The position numbers were made by a program, and so were the translations under genes. A stretch of 42,650 bases of DNA, from positions 1 through 42,650 of the forward strand of contig JAEOTC010000148.1 in NCBI GenBank assembly GCA_016840035.1, given 5' to 3'. Positions 18,312-28,260 of the stretch are shown one piece after another (position 1 is the stretch's first letter; the number at the start of each line of letters is the position of its first letter). A model generated the notes under the pieces. That model worked only from the letters and a program-made list of their open reading frames with translations. It did not search any database and had not been told where the DNA came from. The stretch is from Candidatus Hodarchaeota archaeon (lineage in GTDB: Archaea > Asgardarchaeota > Heimdallarchaeia > Hodarchaeales > Hodarchaeaceae).

Positions 18312-20498
18312 TTAGATTATTATTTTTGATCCAAGATGGGGAATTTTCATTGAACCTAGATCAAATTCTTCAATTTTTTTCTCGCGAGATCTTGTAAATG
18401 GGTCTTTGGTAAGCTCACCAAGATGCACTAATGCTTTCTTACCTTTTAGCGAAGAATAAAACTTGTCTAATGTAGCACTACTTGAATGGGCACTAAACCT
18501 TGCATATACGACTTTTTGTTTATAGGAGGGCTCCATTTTATGCAATAATCGATAGGCTAGCGTGTTTTTCGCAAGATATCCGCAAAGAATGACGGCTGTT
18601 TCTGGATCAGTTTTTGTTTCCTCGACTAGCTTACGGGCAAACCCACCATTTAACATTCCTCCTCCGGCAATTACTACTTCATTATCAAATGGTTGGTTAA
18701 ATCGATCACTTAAATGTGCTTTTGTTTTGATTCCTGAAATCCGTGCTACCTTAGAAGCCATACCTAATAAACTTACTTTATGATTTTTAGTAATTCCTTC
18801 ATTTTCGAGTTTCAACAAAATTTCTTGTGCTCTTCCCACGCTAAAAGCAGGAATTACTACTCTATTAGATTCATTTATTGTTTGAAATAATAATTTGTCT
18901 CGTGCAGTGGAGTCAACCTCTGGTTGATTAAAATACGTACTATCAACTATTGTCAAATCAGAATTCATGGGAATATCAGGAATTTTCTCTCGAAATAACG
19001 CACATGGATCAAAATTGATATCACCAGTAAATAATACCTTTTTCCCATTACTTTCAAGTTGATAAGCAAGTGATCCTTGGATATGGTGGGCATTGAATGG
19101 TTTAATTAGAATATCGGGTGTAATTTGGTATTCCTTACCTGATTTAATTGGAATAAACCGTTCCATCATCTGATAAACATATGATTCCTGGGAAAGAGCT
19201 TTAAACCGAAAATCGCTGTTTTGAACTGACTGTGAGAAATTTTGATGCATTAACTTCTGACTATCTAACAAGAGGAAGCTTGTCAATTCTTTTGTCATTG
19301 CACTCCCAAAGACGTATCCTGAATAACCTTGACTGAACAGGTATGGTATAGCTCCTGAGTGATCTAAATGGGCATGAGTGAGGAATATTGCATCAAGATT
19401 AGGTAATGCTTCGTCCCAATACGGTATTTGATAATTTGCTACCGATAATCCAAAATCTAAAAGAATATTAGACTTAGATGTTGATATCAAAATTCCCATT
19501 GTACCAATTTGGCTCCCCCCTAAGAATTTTACTTCTAAATCATCTTCCTTACTTAATACTGGATAAGCTAACCTTTCAAGATATCCAGGAAGAAGTTCTG
19601 TGGGAATGTTACCTGGTAATCCTGACGCGTGAACTGTACACGCTTTTAACTGTGTTATATATGGTTTTACAAATGGTTCGTGGCTTATGGGAATTGTATT
19701 TATTCGGTATCTTTTCCGTTTGGTTCGTTGAGCTTGAAAAAACTCCTCATTGGAATTATATTTTGTTGACTCCCATTCATGTACGAACTTCTTGATGACA
19801 TGTTTAGTTACCATATTTAATGTCGAATGATCAATCCAATTCTTCAAAATAGGGATAATTTGGTCATAGTCTAGCTTTTCAACCATTTCAGGTATATAAT
19901 CGGGGTAGTTTTGACATGTACTTATTGGTAATTCCGATATTTTCGTTATTGCTCCCTTTTGATTTGGAAATTTGTTTATAAAGTATTTAGCGAGCTCCTC
20001 AAATCCTTCTGGAGGAATTCCTATGAATCGAATCATTGAGATCAATTTTTCGATAGGTTCTTCTTTACTGGAGATAAAGAATTTGACAATATCAACAACC
20101 GATTTATTGATTTCTCTTATTGTCACATCTGGTTCAGTACTATGCGTGTAAAGGAATTTAACAACACTTCTAAAATCCTCTAAGTCTAAATAGGCAAGAA
20201 AAACTCCACTGAGTGTAAACGTCAACACTTGTTTCTGTTGCTCAAGTATATGATCTGTTTTTTCATACTCACTTTTGAAAATACTTCTAATAGAGTTATA
20301 ATAGATTTTCTCATTCTTAAAGCACTCCAGATCACTAATTTGTGTTTGAGATCCTAACCAGAATAACTGATACTTTTCGGTTCGAGGTAGGTCGAAAATG
20401 ACAGTTTCTAGCTTTGGTTCAGTAGGTTGTCCTAGATTTTCGTGCAATGTTTCGCTCAGTTTCTTAACTCTAGCAGATGGTATATCCAGAATCCTCAC
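18312..20498 (-). CDS. Beta-CASP metallo-beta-lactamase ribonuclease (aCPSF-like) with ~320-aa N-terminal extension
   Basis: FLGG-x-IG, LLDFG, THAHLDHSG, AHHIQGS, FTGD, DSTY, PAFSVGRAQE, GML-x-GG, FSAH and VH motifs. Confidence 0.88.
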   Translation of the reverse strand: MRILDIPSARVKKLSETLHENLGQPTEPKLETVIFDLPRTEKYQLFWLGSQTQISDLECFKNEKIYYNSIRSIFKSEYEKTDHILEQQKQVLTFTLSGVFLAYLDLEDFRSVVKFLYTHSTEPDVTIREINKSVVDIVKFFISSKEEPIEKLISMIRFIGIPPEGFEELAKYFINKFPNQKGAITKISELPISTCQNYPDYIPEMVEKLDYDQIIPILKNWIDHSTLNMVTKHVIKKFVHEWESTKYNSNEEFFQAQRTKRKRYRINTIPISHEPFVKPYITQLKACTVHASGLPGNIPTELLPGYLERLAYPVLSKEDDLEVKFLGGSQIGTMGILISTSKSNILLDFGLSVANYQIPYWDEALPNLDAIFLTHAHLDHSGAIPYLFSQGYSGYVFGSAMTKELTSFLLLDSQKLMHQNFSQSVQNSDFRFKALSQESYVYQMMERFIPIKSGKEYQITPDILIKPFNAHHIQGSLAYQLESNGKKVLFTGDINFDPCALFREKIPDIPMNSDLTIVDSTYFNQPEVDSTARDKLLFQTINESNRVVIPAFSVGRAQEILLKLENEGITKNHKVSLLGMASKVARISGIKTKAHLSDRFNQPFDNEVVIAGGGMLNGGFARKLVEETKTDPETAVILCGYLAKNTLAYRLLHKMEPSYKQKVVYARFSAHSSSATLDKFYSSLKGKKALVHLGELTKDPFTRSREKKIEEFDLGSMKIPHLGSKIII

Positions 20499-20522
20499 CT
20501 GTGAATTGTCTAATAAATAAAG

Positions 20523-21935
20523 TTATAATACTGGAGTAATTGTATAATCGATATAGCCTTTTACAAGTACTGATTCAACAGCAAAAAATTCCGTAGCTGG
20601 AATTAATCCTTCAAGAACAAGAGCTCGATTAATTAAATCGATTTTCCAATGTGATGTAGCTGCTGTTGTTCCACCACGATATTCTTGGTTTTCTTTTAAC
20701 CAGCTGACAACAACATCGCCCTCTAATCTTGCTTTAGAAACAAGAATCGCAATGAATTCATTTAGCGCTGGTATTCCATACATATTTTCGAGTACATCAA
20801 GTCCTATATTGATCAGAATTGTCTCTCCATTTTCTTCTCGAAACTTCTGTTTAATCTGTTCAATTTTGGAGAGTAATTCTTCGATTGTTTTTGGTAGTGT
20901 AATTCTATGTTTTTCTTCACCAGGCACAAATCTCTCGAAATTTACCGTTTGGTTTACCCAATTTTTATTTCCTGTGAAAACATCAAAATAGGGCTTTTTA
21001 GTATCGAATGTAATTCCCTCACGCAATATACTAATAACCGCACGTTTATTATTCAAATGATTAGTTATGAGAGGAAAAAGAATTATATCTAATCCATCGC
21101 CTACAATGGTAGAAACCTCAAATAAATTGTAAGATCCTTTTCGAAATCCACCACCTAAGAGAGTGTCAAAATCAGCGGAACCTGAAGAGATATGATGTTC
21201 ATCTGAGTCAGGAGTTGTTTTTGACTTTAGTAAAATCGCTGGAAACCGATATTTGAATGGAGGAAAAGTTTTCATCCTTCCTTTTGATAATGTAGTTAGA
21301 TAGGTCTCGTTAGTAATTTCAATGCCTCTCATCTTGGGAAAAGTAAGCTCTCGAATACGTCTTGAAATTCCATGTGGAGATACGATCTTTCTTTTACTCA
21401 ATATTGCATGGCCATCAACCATCCAATCTAGCGTAGAGTCTTTAATGCCCTCTTCAACAAAAATTATTTTGTCATTTTTTCCTTGAACTCTTTGAACTAT
21501 TGCTGATTCCCAATGGTGAATTTGTGTTTCTGATAAATTTCCAATAACCGCATTCCAACTATCTATAACAAATATTCGATTCGTTAGATCAGAACCTAAA
21601 GTAAATAGGTGTTGCACAAATTCAGGAATTGTCTCAAAATCCAATCTTTGGATGGATTTATTCTTTGTTGCCTTCCCAGAACGCGTCGCATCAATGAAAA
21701 ACGGATATTTTCGATTTTTCGGGATAATATCTTCCAACCATAAAGAATCTTCCACAATCGCCTCAGGATCAATACGTGTGCTTATGTAAAAAGAGTTAGG
21801 GGATCTAGCTACTAGTTCGAGAGCTAAACTTGACTTACCAGTCCCAGGGAGTCCTTTAATTAGTAAAGAATAGCTTTTATCTGTAATAGTAAAATTAGAA
21901 AACTCATCTGGTAAAATATTTTTGAATGTAGCCAT
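20523..21935 (-). CDS. GvpD/RAD55/KaiC-like P-loop ATPase with tandem RecA-type domains
   Basis: LLIKGLPGTGKS Walker A, YISTR, IFVIDSW Walker B and KMRG. A second domain begins ISSG-xx-DFDTLLGGG with a degenerate P-loop. Confidence 0.8.
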   Translation of the reverse strand: MATFKNILPDEFSNFTITDKSYSLLIKGLPGTGKSSLALELVARSPNSFYISTRIDPEAIVEDSLWLEDIIPKNRKYPFFIDATRSGKATKNKSIQRLDFETIPEFVQHLFTLGSDLTNRIFVIDSWNAVIGNLSETQIHHWESAIVQRVQGKNDKIIFVEEGIKDSTLDWMVDGHAILSKRKIVSPHGISRRIRELTFPKMRGIEITNETYLTTLSKGRMKTFPPFKYRFPAILLKSKTTPDSDEHHISSGSADFDTLLGGGFRKGSYNLFEVSTIVGDGLDIILFPLITNHLNNKRAVISILREGITFDTKKPYFDVFTGNKNWVNQTVNFERFVPGEEKHRITLPKTIEELLSKIEQIKQKFREENGETILINIGLDVLENMYGIPALNEFIAILVSKARLEGDVVVSWLKENQEYRGGTTAATSHWKIDLINRALVLEGLIPATEFFAVESVLVKGYIDYTITPVL

Positions 21936-21994
21936 CTTTTTACTCTCAAATTTTCCTAAAATTCACTGAATGGTTTCCTTCATCTGTCATTAGG

Positions 21995-22306
21995 CTACTG
22001 GTTCAAAAATTCTTGAAGTTGATCGAAATCATGGAATAGTTTGATTCTATCTGACAACGTAGGTTCCAATAAGTTGTTAATTGGGTCTAGTAATAATATT
22101 TGATTTTTAGTAATACGAGATAACTCTCTTTCCGCGGCTAATAGTCCTGTGAGGGTTTTACTGACACCTAGAGTATAATTCTTCTTACGAAATCTCTTTT
22201 TTGAGCGTAATTCTATTGATACGTATTTCTGATGTGAAGAAATTGCCTCGAGTTCAAAACCACAGAAAGAAACAGTTGATCGAATTTGATTGATAATTTG
22301 CTTCAT
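21995..22306 (-). CDS. Hypothetical protein (103 aa)
   Basis: ATG preceded by a GAGGT SD-like motif. Co-directional between mtnA and the ATPase and fills the gap. Confidence 0.65.
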   Translation of the reverse strand: MKQIINQIRSTVSFCGFELEAISSHQKYVSIELRSKKRFRKKNYTLGVSKTLTGLLAAERELSRITKNQILLLDPINNLLEPTLSDRIKLFHDFDQLQEFLNQ

Positions 22307-22409
22307 ATTTACGCTACCTCACTGTGTTGAATGCTGGAGTTCAATGCAATTATGTTGAATTAGAAAATCATCTTTTAAAAAGGTTCTATATAGAGGATAC
22401 TGGAATCTT

Positions 22410-23471
22410 CTAATTTGAGTAAATCCGAACAAGATCTTCCTTGGATAATATCCCATGGGGAGTAATATAACCACTTAACAATTCTGCGGGTGTAACATCA
22501 AACGCAGGATTGAAACAATGAGTATTTCTTTGATAAACCGAAATTGAAGTCTGTTCTCCCAATGTTTTAGAGTATCCTCTGACTTCAAAAATTTCCTGTT
22601 GACTTCTCTCCTCAATTTCAATTTCTGCTCCAGTGGGAGTATCGTTATCAAATGTGGTATCTGGAAAGGCCGAATAAAATGGAATAGAGTAATGATTAGC
22701 AATCACTGCAAGATTATGTGTTCCTATTTTATTTGCTACGTCCCCATTCCGAGTTACACGATCTGCGCCTAATATAATTAGATCTACTTTACCTGTAGCC
22801 ATTAAATACCCACTTGCTGAATCACAAATAACCGTATGGTCAACTCCATACTGGCTTAACTCCCACGAAGTAAGCCTTCCCTGCATTCGTGGACGAGTTT
22901 CATCGACATAAACATGAAACCGGACGCCATCCTTCCAAGAAGCGATTAGTGGTGCAATTGCAGATCCATGATCGACTAAGGCTAATGCTCCTGTATGACA
23001 ATGAGTAAGTACATTCATGTTTTCTCTGACAAGACTTTTTCCTACTTCTCCAATCTTTTTTCCTTGCATTGATATGTTCTCAGCAAACTTTTCAGCATAT
23101 ACAATTGCTTCCTCTTTTGAAACTGACCAAATTTCCTTTACATAATCAAGACCAGTTTTTAAATCAACAGCTGTGGGTCGTGATGCCAATAATCGTTCAT
23201 ACGCACCTTGGATTTTCTTTGAGTAATCAGATTCACCCCAAAATTCATTAATTGCTAGTGCTAACCCGTATGCCGCAGCAGCCCCAATAGAGGGAGCTCC
23301 ACGAATTTTCATGGTTTTGATGGCTTTTACAACATCGAGATAAGAAAAGCAAGAATGAACTGAAGTGAGAAATGGTAATTTCGTTTGATCAATGAGTTGA
23401 ACTATTTTCTGCTCAGAATTCCACCAGACTGCTGGTAAATCAGCTTCTTCTCCGTTAACGATTAATTTCAT
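22410..23471 (-). CDS. mtnA: S-methyl-5-thioribose-1-phosphate isomerase (eIF-2B family)
   Basis: IDQTKLP, IRGAPSIG, SRPTAV, LTHCHTGALA, DETRPRMQG-RLTSWEL, GADR, NKIGT, IEER and NPAFDVTP. Confidence 0.92.
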   Translation of the reverse strand: MKLIVNGEEADLPAVWWNSEQKIVQLIDQTKLPFLTSVHSCFSYLDVVKAIKTMKIRGAPSIGAAAAYGLALAINEFWGESDYSKKIQGAYERLLASRPTAVDLKTGLDYVKEIWSVSKEEAIVYAEKFAENISMQGKKIGEVGKSLVRENMNVLTHCHTGALALVDHGSAIAPLIASWKDGVRFHVYVDETRPRMQGRLTSWELSQYGVDHTVICDSASGYLMATGKVDLIILGADRVTRNGDVANKIGTHNLAVIANHYSIPFYSAFPDTTFDNDTPTGAEIEIEERSQQEIFEVRGYSKTLGEQTSISVYQRNTHCFNPAFDVTPAELLSGYITPHGILSKEDLVRIYSN

Positions 23472-23595
23472 GTTAAATTGAACTCCGTAGTAACATTTAT
23501 AGAGAGGAGGATTGGTAACGAAGATTTATTTCATAAAACCATAAATCCACCTGCATAAAGGTAATTTGACTAGAAATATTTTGGATGATTCTTTA

Positions 23596-24597
23596 ATGAT
23601 TTTTATTCTTGTAAAACTTGCACGATTTGTTACCCCTAAAGAACAGGAGCTTATTGCCAACGATTTATTGAAAACTCTTCGTGGACATTCTATACCAGTT
23701 ACTATTATCAATGATTCATGGGGTAGTCGCCGTCGATTACTTATTCAACTAAAGGATAAATCTCGCTATTCTCCGAACATACAAAAGCTCATCCTGCAAA
23801 CCCCTGGAGTGAATAGTTTGATTTTGTTTTCACAAAGCGACTTTGAATTTGAAACCACCTCATTAACTGATCTGTTAGCACATTTAGAAGATTATATTGT
23901 TAACAAAATTAGAAGTAACACTGTTTTCATTACTTACCAAGCTTTTGGCCGTATTCCTTTCCATAAAAAGGCTATTCTAGATAGGTTAAAACGAAAACAC
24001 ATTTTCCACACAGGTGACGCGAAACATAACCTATATATTGAAGTAAAACGAGATAAACAGACCAAAGAAAAACAACCCGTCATTAAAGTACGTTTAGGGG
24101 AAAAAATCGGATCGACTCCTATTCGTAATAAGAAAATAACTTCTCCCACGTTGATTTTATATTCTCCATTTACTATTCAAGAAGTTGCAGATTTTTTCCG
24201 ATTGGCGTTGACATTTAAAGCACGAGTAATTTTTACTAATGAAAATAAGATGGTTGAAAAGATCATTGAACAGGTAGAAGAGACTTACTTCAAAGGCCTC
24301 TCTAAAGTCGAGCATCAAATTATTCCCAATCTCGATTCTATTATGGAAAATAAGGAAAGATCTCTCTTCTATGGGTTTTCTTTATGGGGATCCGATCCAA
24401 TTACTAGCTTACGAGAAAAAATCGAATCCTCTGGGAAAAAAAGGGAGGAAATTTTCTTTATATTTGGTAACGAAGAGAAAGGGATTCCTTTAAACGTGAG
24501 AAAGATGATTCTCACATTTTATATTGGAGTTAAGGCTTCAGAACCCCTTCGTGCTTCTCAAGCTGCAGCCTATGCACTTGGAATTCTCAATATTTAA
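23596..24597 (+). CDS. Putative SPOUT (SpoU/TrmH-like) RNA methyltransferase with N-terminal extension
   Basis: C-terminal knot motifs FIFGNEEKGIP and PLRASQAAAYAL. Start placed at MIFILVK; the track gives 23566 TTG. Confidence 0.7.
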   Translation: MIFILVKLARFVTPKEQELIANDLLKTLRGHSIPVTIINDSWGSRRRLLIQLKDKSRYSPNIQKLILQTPGVNSLILFSQSDFEFETTSLTDLLAHLEDYIVNKIRSNTVFITYQAFGRIPFHKKAILDRLKRKHIFHTGDAKHNLYIEVKRDKQTKEKQPVIKVRLGEKIGSTPIRNKKITSPTLILYSPFTIQEVADFFRLALTFKARVIFTNENKMVEKIIEQVEETYFKGLSKVEHQIIPNLDSIMENKERSLFYGFSLWGSDPITSLREKIESSGKKREEIFFIFGNEEKGIPLNVRKMILTFYIGVKASEPLRASQAAAYALGILNI

Positions 24598-24621
24598 TAT
24601 AGGATCCATTGAAACGAGCTT

Positions 24622-25674
24622 TCACTCTTCTAAGAGTTTAGAAACAGGCATTTCGTGAATGAAAAGTTGTCCTAATTTAATTAAAACTTCCGCGATATGT
24701 TTTTCCCAGAGTCCTGCTCGAATAATTAAATGACTCCCGAGGAAAAAATCAATCGGTAACCGAGAATAAATTTGAGAAATATCATAAGTCTGTTTGTAGG
24801 CAGTTAGGATTAATGGAACCCAAGAACGAGTGATGGAAGAGCTTAATGTCTTAATATCAATTCCAATTGAAATATTTTTGGCCACTTCCTCTTGGACTAC
24901 ATGACTAAGTATATACCCGATATCATCCATTCTATCAAGTTTGGGAAGCATAATTGAGTCTATCCAAGCAATACTTGAAGGCGAAACCAGAATATTACTC
25001 ATGTGACTATCCCCGTGGATGAATTCAACTCCTCCCTTTGATTGTTCTAATACAGCAATCCAGTAGTCAATATAACGTTCATCTATATATTGTCTTAATA
25101 ATTTAAACAAGGGGCTATATAATTGAACACTGGTTTGACTCTGTTCTGATCCATGTAATCTAGCCAGGGCATATCCTGCATATCCCCATCGATCATTTGG
25201 TTCCAATGTATGCTGGAGCAGTGGATTAAAGCCACTTAAAAATTCCAGAATCAATGCTTTTACCTCTGGAATTACCTGTATTACTTGGGGAGAAAAAACA
25301 TGATCAGGATATCGACGAATCCGTATTGGAAGGTCATGATTCTCTTTCCATTGTTCCCAATCTCTTTGACGGATTGCTAAATGACGGGCTAACCTTTCCG
25401 CGTTATCTACTTCAGCATCTAAATCGTTGGCAAACTTTAATACGATCCCTCCATCTATTTCTCCAGCCAGTGAAGTTGATAAGGCAGCTTCGATAACATA
25501 AGTTCTGCCACCAGCTCCAGTGAAGCAGCGAATTTGTTTGAGTCTAGTATCTGATATTAATCCTGTGACTACTCTGACATTTGCGGTAATTTTTTCACTA
25601 GATTGTAAAATGATTGTTCGAACGCGATCGTGAATTTTTTGTTGTTTCTCCGTTGATTCCTCAAAGTTACTCAT
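24622..25674 (-). CDS. Protein-kinase-like / aminoglycoside-phosphotransferase family protein
   Basis: Gly-rich loop GAGGRTY, VLKF Lys, LARLH, catalytic HGDSHMSNIL and metal-binding WID. Confidence 0.8.
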   Translation of the reverse strand: MSNFEESTEKQQKIHDRVRTIILQSSEKITANVRVVTGLISDTRLKQIRCFTGAGGRTYVIEAALSTSLAGEIDGGIVLKFANDLDAEVDNAERLARHLAIRQRDWEQWKENHDLPIRIRRYPDHVFSPQVIQVIPEVKALILEFLSGFNPLLQHTLEPNDRWGYAGYALARLHGSEQSQTSVQLYSPLFKLLRQYIDERYIDYWIAVLEQSKGGVEFIHGDSHMSNILVSPSSIAWIDSIMLPKLDRMDDIGYILSHVVQEEVAKNISIGIDIKTLSSSITRSWVPLILTAYKQTYDISQIYSRLPIDFFLGSHLIIRAGLWEKHIAEVLIKLGQLFIHEMPVSKLLEE

Positions 25675-25690
25675 TATACATTTACCCCTC

Positions 25691-27085
25691 TTAATATAGG
25701 TATTTCTGTAAAATGCGACCTCTTTCGACTAATGCATACATTCCATCTACTGAATCCTCAGCGGTTCGAAATACAGGGATCCCATATCCCTCAAATTCCG
25801 CATTTACTGTAGGATCAGGAAGATTATAAACTAATATCGGTTTCTTAGGAAATTCTTGCTTAAGAAGTGCTATTCTTGCTGGAGCATCTTTCGATACAAC
25901 TGGTGCATCACTTCTAGGAACAACTATTAGTCCAGATACACTTTCATCCTTTAAGAATATTCTAGATATTTCAGTAATGACTTGAGTTGTTGCCGATCCT
26001 GTTAAATCCACAAAAGCAAGTGGATCATTGTTTTTATCCCTCGAAACAGAAGTCTGTACCGCATGTTTCTTAATTACATCCTCTGTTTCGGTTACGACAT
26101 TCCTAGGTAACTTAGCTAACTCGAGTTTATATCGATTCATTCGATATAAGGCCATCGCAGCTGGACCTCCCGTATTTGTAACTAACGCAATGCTATTTCC
26201 ATATGCAGGAGGTTGTGTATAGAGTGCTTTAATAGAGTTGATAAATTGAGAGGTACTATCACACTGAATAATACCTGATTGTCTTAGAATTTCTTTATAA
26301 ATCCCCATAGTACTAGCAACTGCACCTGTATGCCCCTTAGCTGCCATAGAAACATTCTCTGTTGATGGTAGTTTAAGAACAACAATCGGTTTCTTCCGTG
26401 CAATTGCTTTTGATACTTTGATGAATCTTCGGCCAGCTTTTACTCCCTCAATATACGCTCCAATTACTTTTGTATCAGGATCTTGACCAAAATATTCAAG
26501 GAAGTCAGTTTCGTTCAGATCTGCTGCATTACCATAAGAAACAAAACGTTTGAGCCCAATTTTATTCTGTTGAAGGGCCAACAGGAGATCGATCGCAAGA
26601 GAACCAGATTGCGATATCAAAGAGACATTTCCTTTATCAGGAAGTTCAAAATTCGGAAATAGAGTATTGATCTGGGAATGAGTATCCACAATACCAAGAC
26701 AATTAGGTCCAATTAATCGTGAATCGCCTAATGCGGCTACTAGTTCATCCTGTAGATCATTTCTTCCAACTTCTGAAAATCCTGCTGTGATACATACGAT
26801 AGCGGGTATTCCTCTTTTAGAAGCATCTGCTACAGCTTGAATAGCTAGTGTTGTGGGCAATACTATAACGGCCAAATCCGGGACTTCTGGTAAATCAAAT
26901 ACACTTTTATAACATTTAATTCCCATAATTTCTTTGACACGAGGATTAATGGGAAATACTCTTTCAAAGTAAGGAACAACAAAATGATTGAAAATTAAAC
27001 GCCCGTACTTTTTTTCGTCCGAAGAGGCACCTAGAATTGCTACCGATCTTGGTTCAAAGAAAAAGTCAAGCATTTTGAAATTCAT
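25691..27085 (-). CDS. acdA: Acyl-CoA synthetase (ADP-forming) alpha subunit
   Basis: FFEPRSVAILGAS, PINP, AGFSE, GPNCLG, ISQSG, SYGN, YIEG, phospho-His motif GHTGA and TNTGG. Confidence 0.9.
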   Translation of the reverse strand: MNFKMLDFFFEPRSVAILGASSDEKKYGRLIFNHFVVPYFERVFPINPRVKEIMGIKCYKSVFDLPEVPDLAVIVLPTTLAIQAVADASKRGIPAIVCITAGFSEVGRNDLQDELVAALGDSRLIGPNCLGIVDTHSQINTLFPNFELPDKGNVSLISQSGSLAIDLLLALQQNKIGLKRFVSYGNAADLNETDFLEYFGQDPDTKVIGAYIEGVKAGRRFIKVSKAIARKKPIVVLKLPSTENVSMAAKGHTGAVASTMGIYKEILRQSGIIQCDSTSQFINSIKALYTQPPAYGNSIALVTNTGGPAAMALYRMNRYKLELAKLPRNVVTETEDVIKKHAVQTSVSRDKNNDPLAFVDLTGSATTQVITEISRIFLKDESVSGLIVVPRSDAPVVSKDAPARIALLKQEFPKKPILVYNLPDPTVNAEFEGYGIPVFRTAEDSVDGMYALVERGRILQKYLY

Positions 27086-27141
27086 CCAATTATTTCAGAG
27101 GAATATTTTTATCAACACTCATAGGTAATAATTTCCTCCTC

Positions 27142-27354
27142 TTAAATAAAATTCTTGTTTCGAGAGGGTTGGTAGGATTGACAAAAATTTGTTACTTTTC
27201 GATTTACTTTAATGAATGATATAGGATTTCCACAATTACTACAAAATTGATCCCCTTTAAGATGTGCTTCGAATAATTTCTTCCTCCAGAACCTTTGATT
27301 TTCTAATTTCTCTGTAGATTCTAACCACTCCCGAATTCTAGATTCTACATGATC
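27142..27354 (-). pseudogene. Remnant of an Fpg/Nei DNA glycosylase (C-terminal zinc-finger region)
   Basis: Manual translation gives *DHVESRIREWLESTEKLENQRFWRKKLFEAHLKGDQFCSNCGNPISFIKVNRKVTNFCQSYQPSRNKNFI*. This fits the Fpg CxxCGxxI...TxFCxxCQ finger with the fourth Cys replaced by Tyr. No start codon, and an in-frame stop lies immediately upstream. Confidence 0.7.
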
Positions 27355-27502
27355 TTAAACGTCCTTACGTGATTATTCTCATCCAACACAGTCATTTTCA
27401 GCCTTTTCGGAGTCCCCTCTCTCTGAGAAATTTAGAAGGAAATCCCCTCTAGATATCTGTGAAGAGAGGTGATTACTAAAAGAAGAGAGAAAAAGCTCTT
27501 TA

Positions 27503-28240
27503 ATGAGTCATCTGGACAGGATTTCTCAATTACATCAAAGTAAATGGAATTTGTGGATTGATATTATGGTCGCTGATTGGATAGCAACTAAAAAATGGAA
27601 ATCGATGGATGTTCAATCTATTAGAGACTCATTAATGACTCTTCCAAGATGGTTATTAGGAATATGGATCGCAGTAAATTTAATAATCCCTTTCTACGGT
27701 GCTCTCCTCTATTATTGGCAATACGCATATTATCACCCAATCTTTTGGATTTTTATCCCAGACTCAAGTACATTCGCAATTTTATTCGGTATCTTTCTTA
27801 TTATCACTCTGGGGTACAAGAAAAATATTCAGGTGCTAAATTTAACAGCATTTATTGGTCTTATTAGGGCATTTTTGGGGTATATTGTTGTTTTTACTGT
27901 GCAACCCTCCTTTTTTGATATTGTCTCATTATTAGCTCACACATTTGAATTGTGTGAAGGATTGATACTATTATTGTTCATAAAGGTTGATCGAAAGAAC
28001 TTCACCGTTGCAGCTGTTATTTCTTTAATTGATTGGTTTTTTGATTTTTTAAATCCTTTCGATTTACCTACATTGGTGTTATACCCGTTTGATGCTGATA
28101 TAAATCCAAATAATACCGCTCCCTTTATTTTAGTCTTTGCTATTGTATTTTTTATTAGTATTATTGGGTGTTTGACTTATATACGGTGGAAACATTGGGT
28201 TCAAGAAGGGCAAGAAGTGAAATGGATCTATGACCTATAA
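27503..28240 (+). CDS. DUF1405-like multi-pass membrane protein
   Basis: About six TM helices with N-x-G-xx-YYW-Q, FWIFIPDS, a later His and a DW-x-F pattern. The true start may be a downstream Met. Confidence 0.65.
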   Translation: MSHLDRISQLHQSKWNLWIDIMVADWIATKKWKSMDVQSIRDSLMTLPRWLLGIWIAVNLIIPFYGALLYYWQYAYYHPIFWIFIPDSSTFAILFGIFLIITLGYKKNIQVLNLTAFIGLIRAFLGYIVVFTVQPSFFDIVSLLAHTFELCEGLILLLFIKVDRKNFTVAAVISLIDWFFDFLNPFDLPTLVLYPFDADINPNNTAPFILVFAIVFFISIIGCLTYIRWKHWVQEGQEVKWIYDL

Positions 28241-28260
28241 CATCTAAAATTAAAATTGAC

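Noticed and set aside
20523-21935. Gas vesicle cluster or KaiABC clock
   Set aside because: No gvpA or other gvp genes and no kaiA or kaiB are present in the window, and the second P-loop is degenerate.
22410-23471. Eukaryote-like eIF2B subunit
   Set aside because: It has the full MtnA signature set (DQTKLP, RGAP, THC, ETRP-x-QG-RLT-x-WEL), so the isomerase call is preferred.
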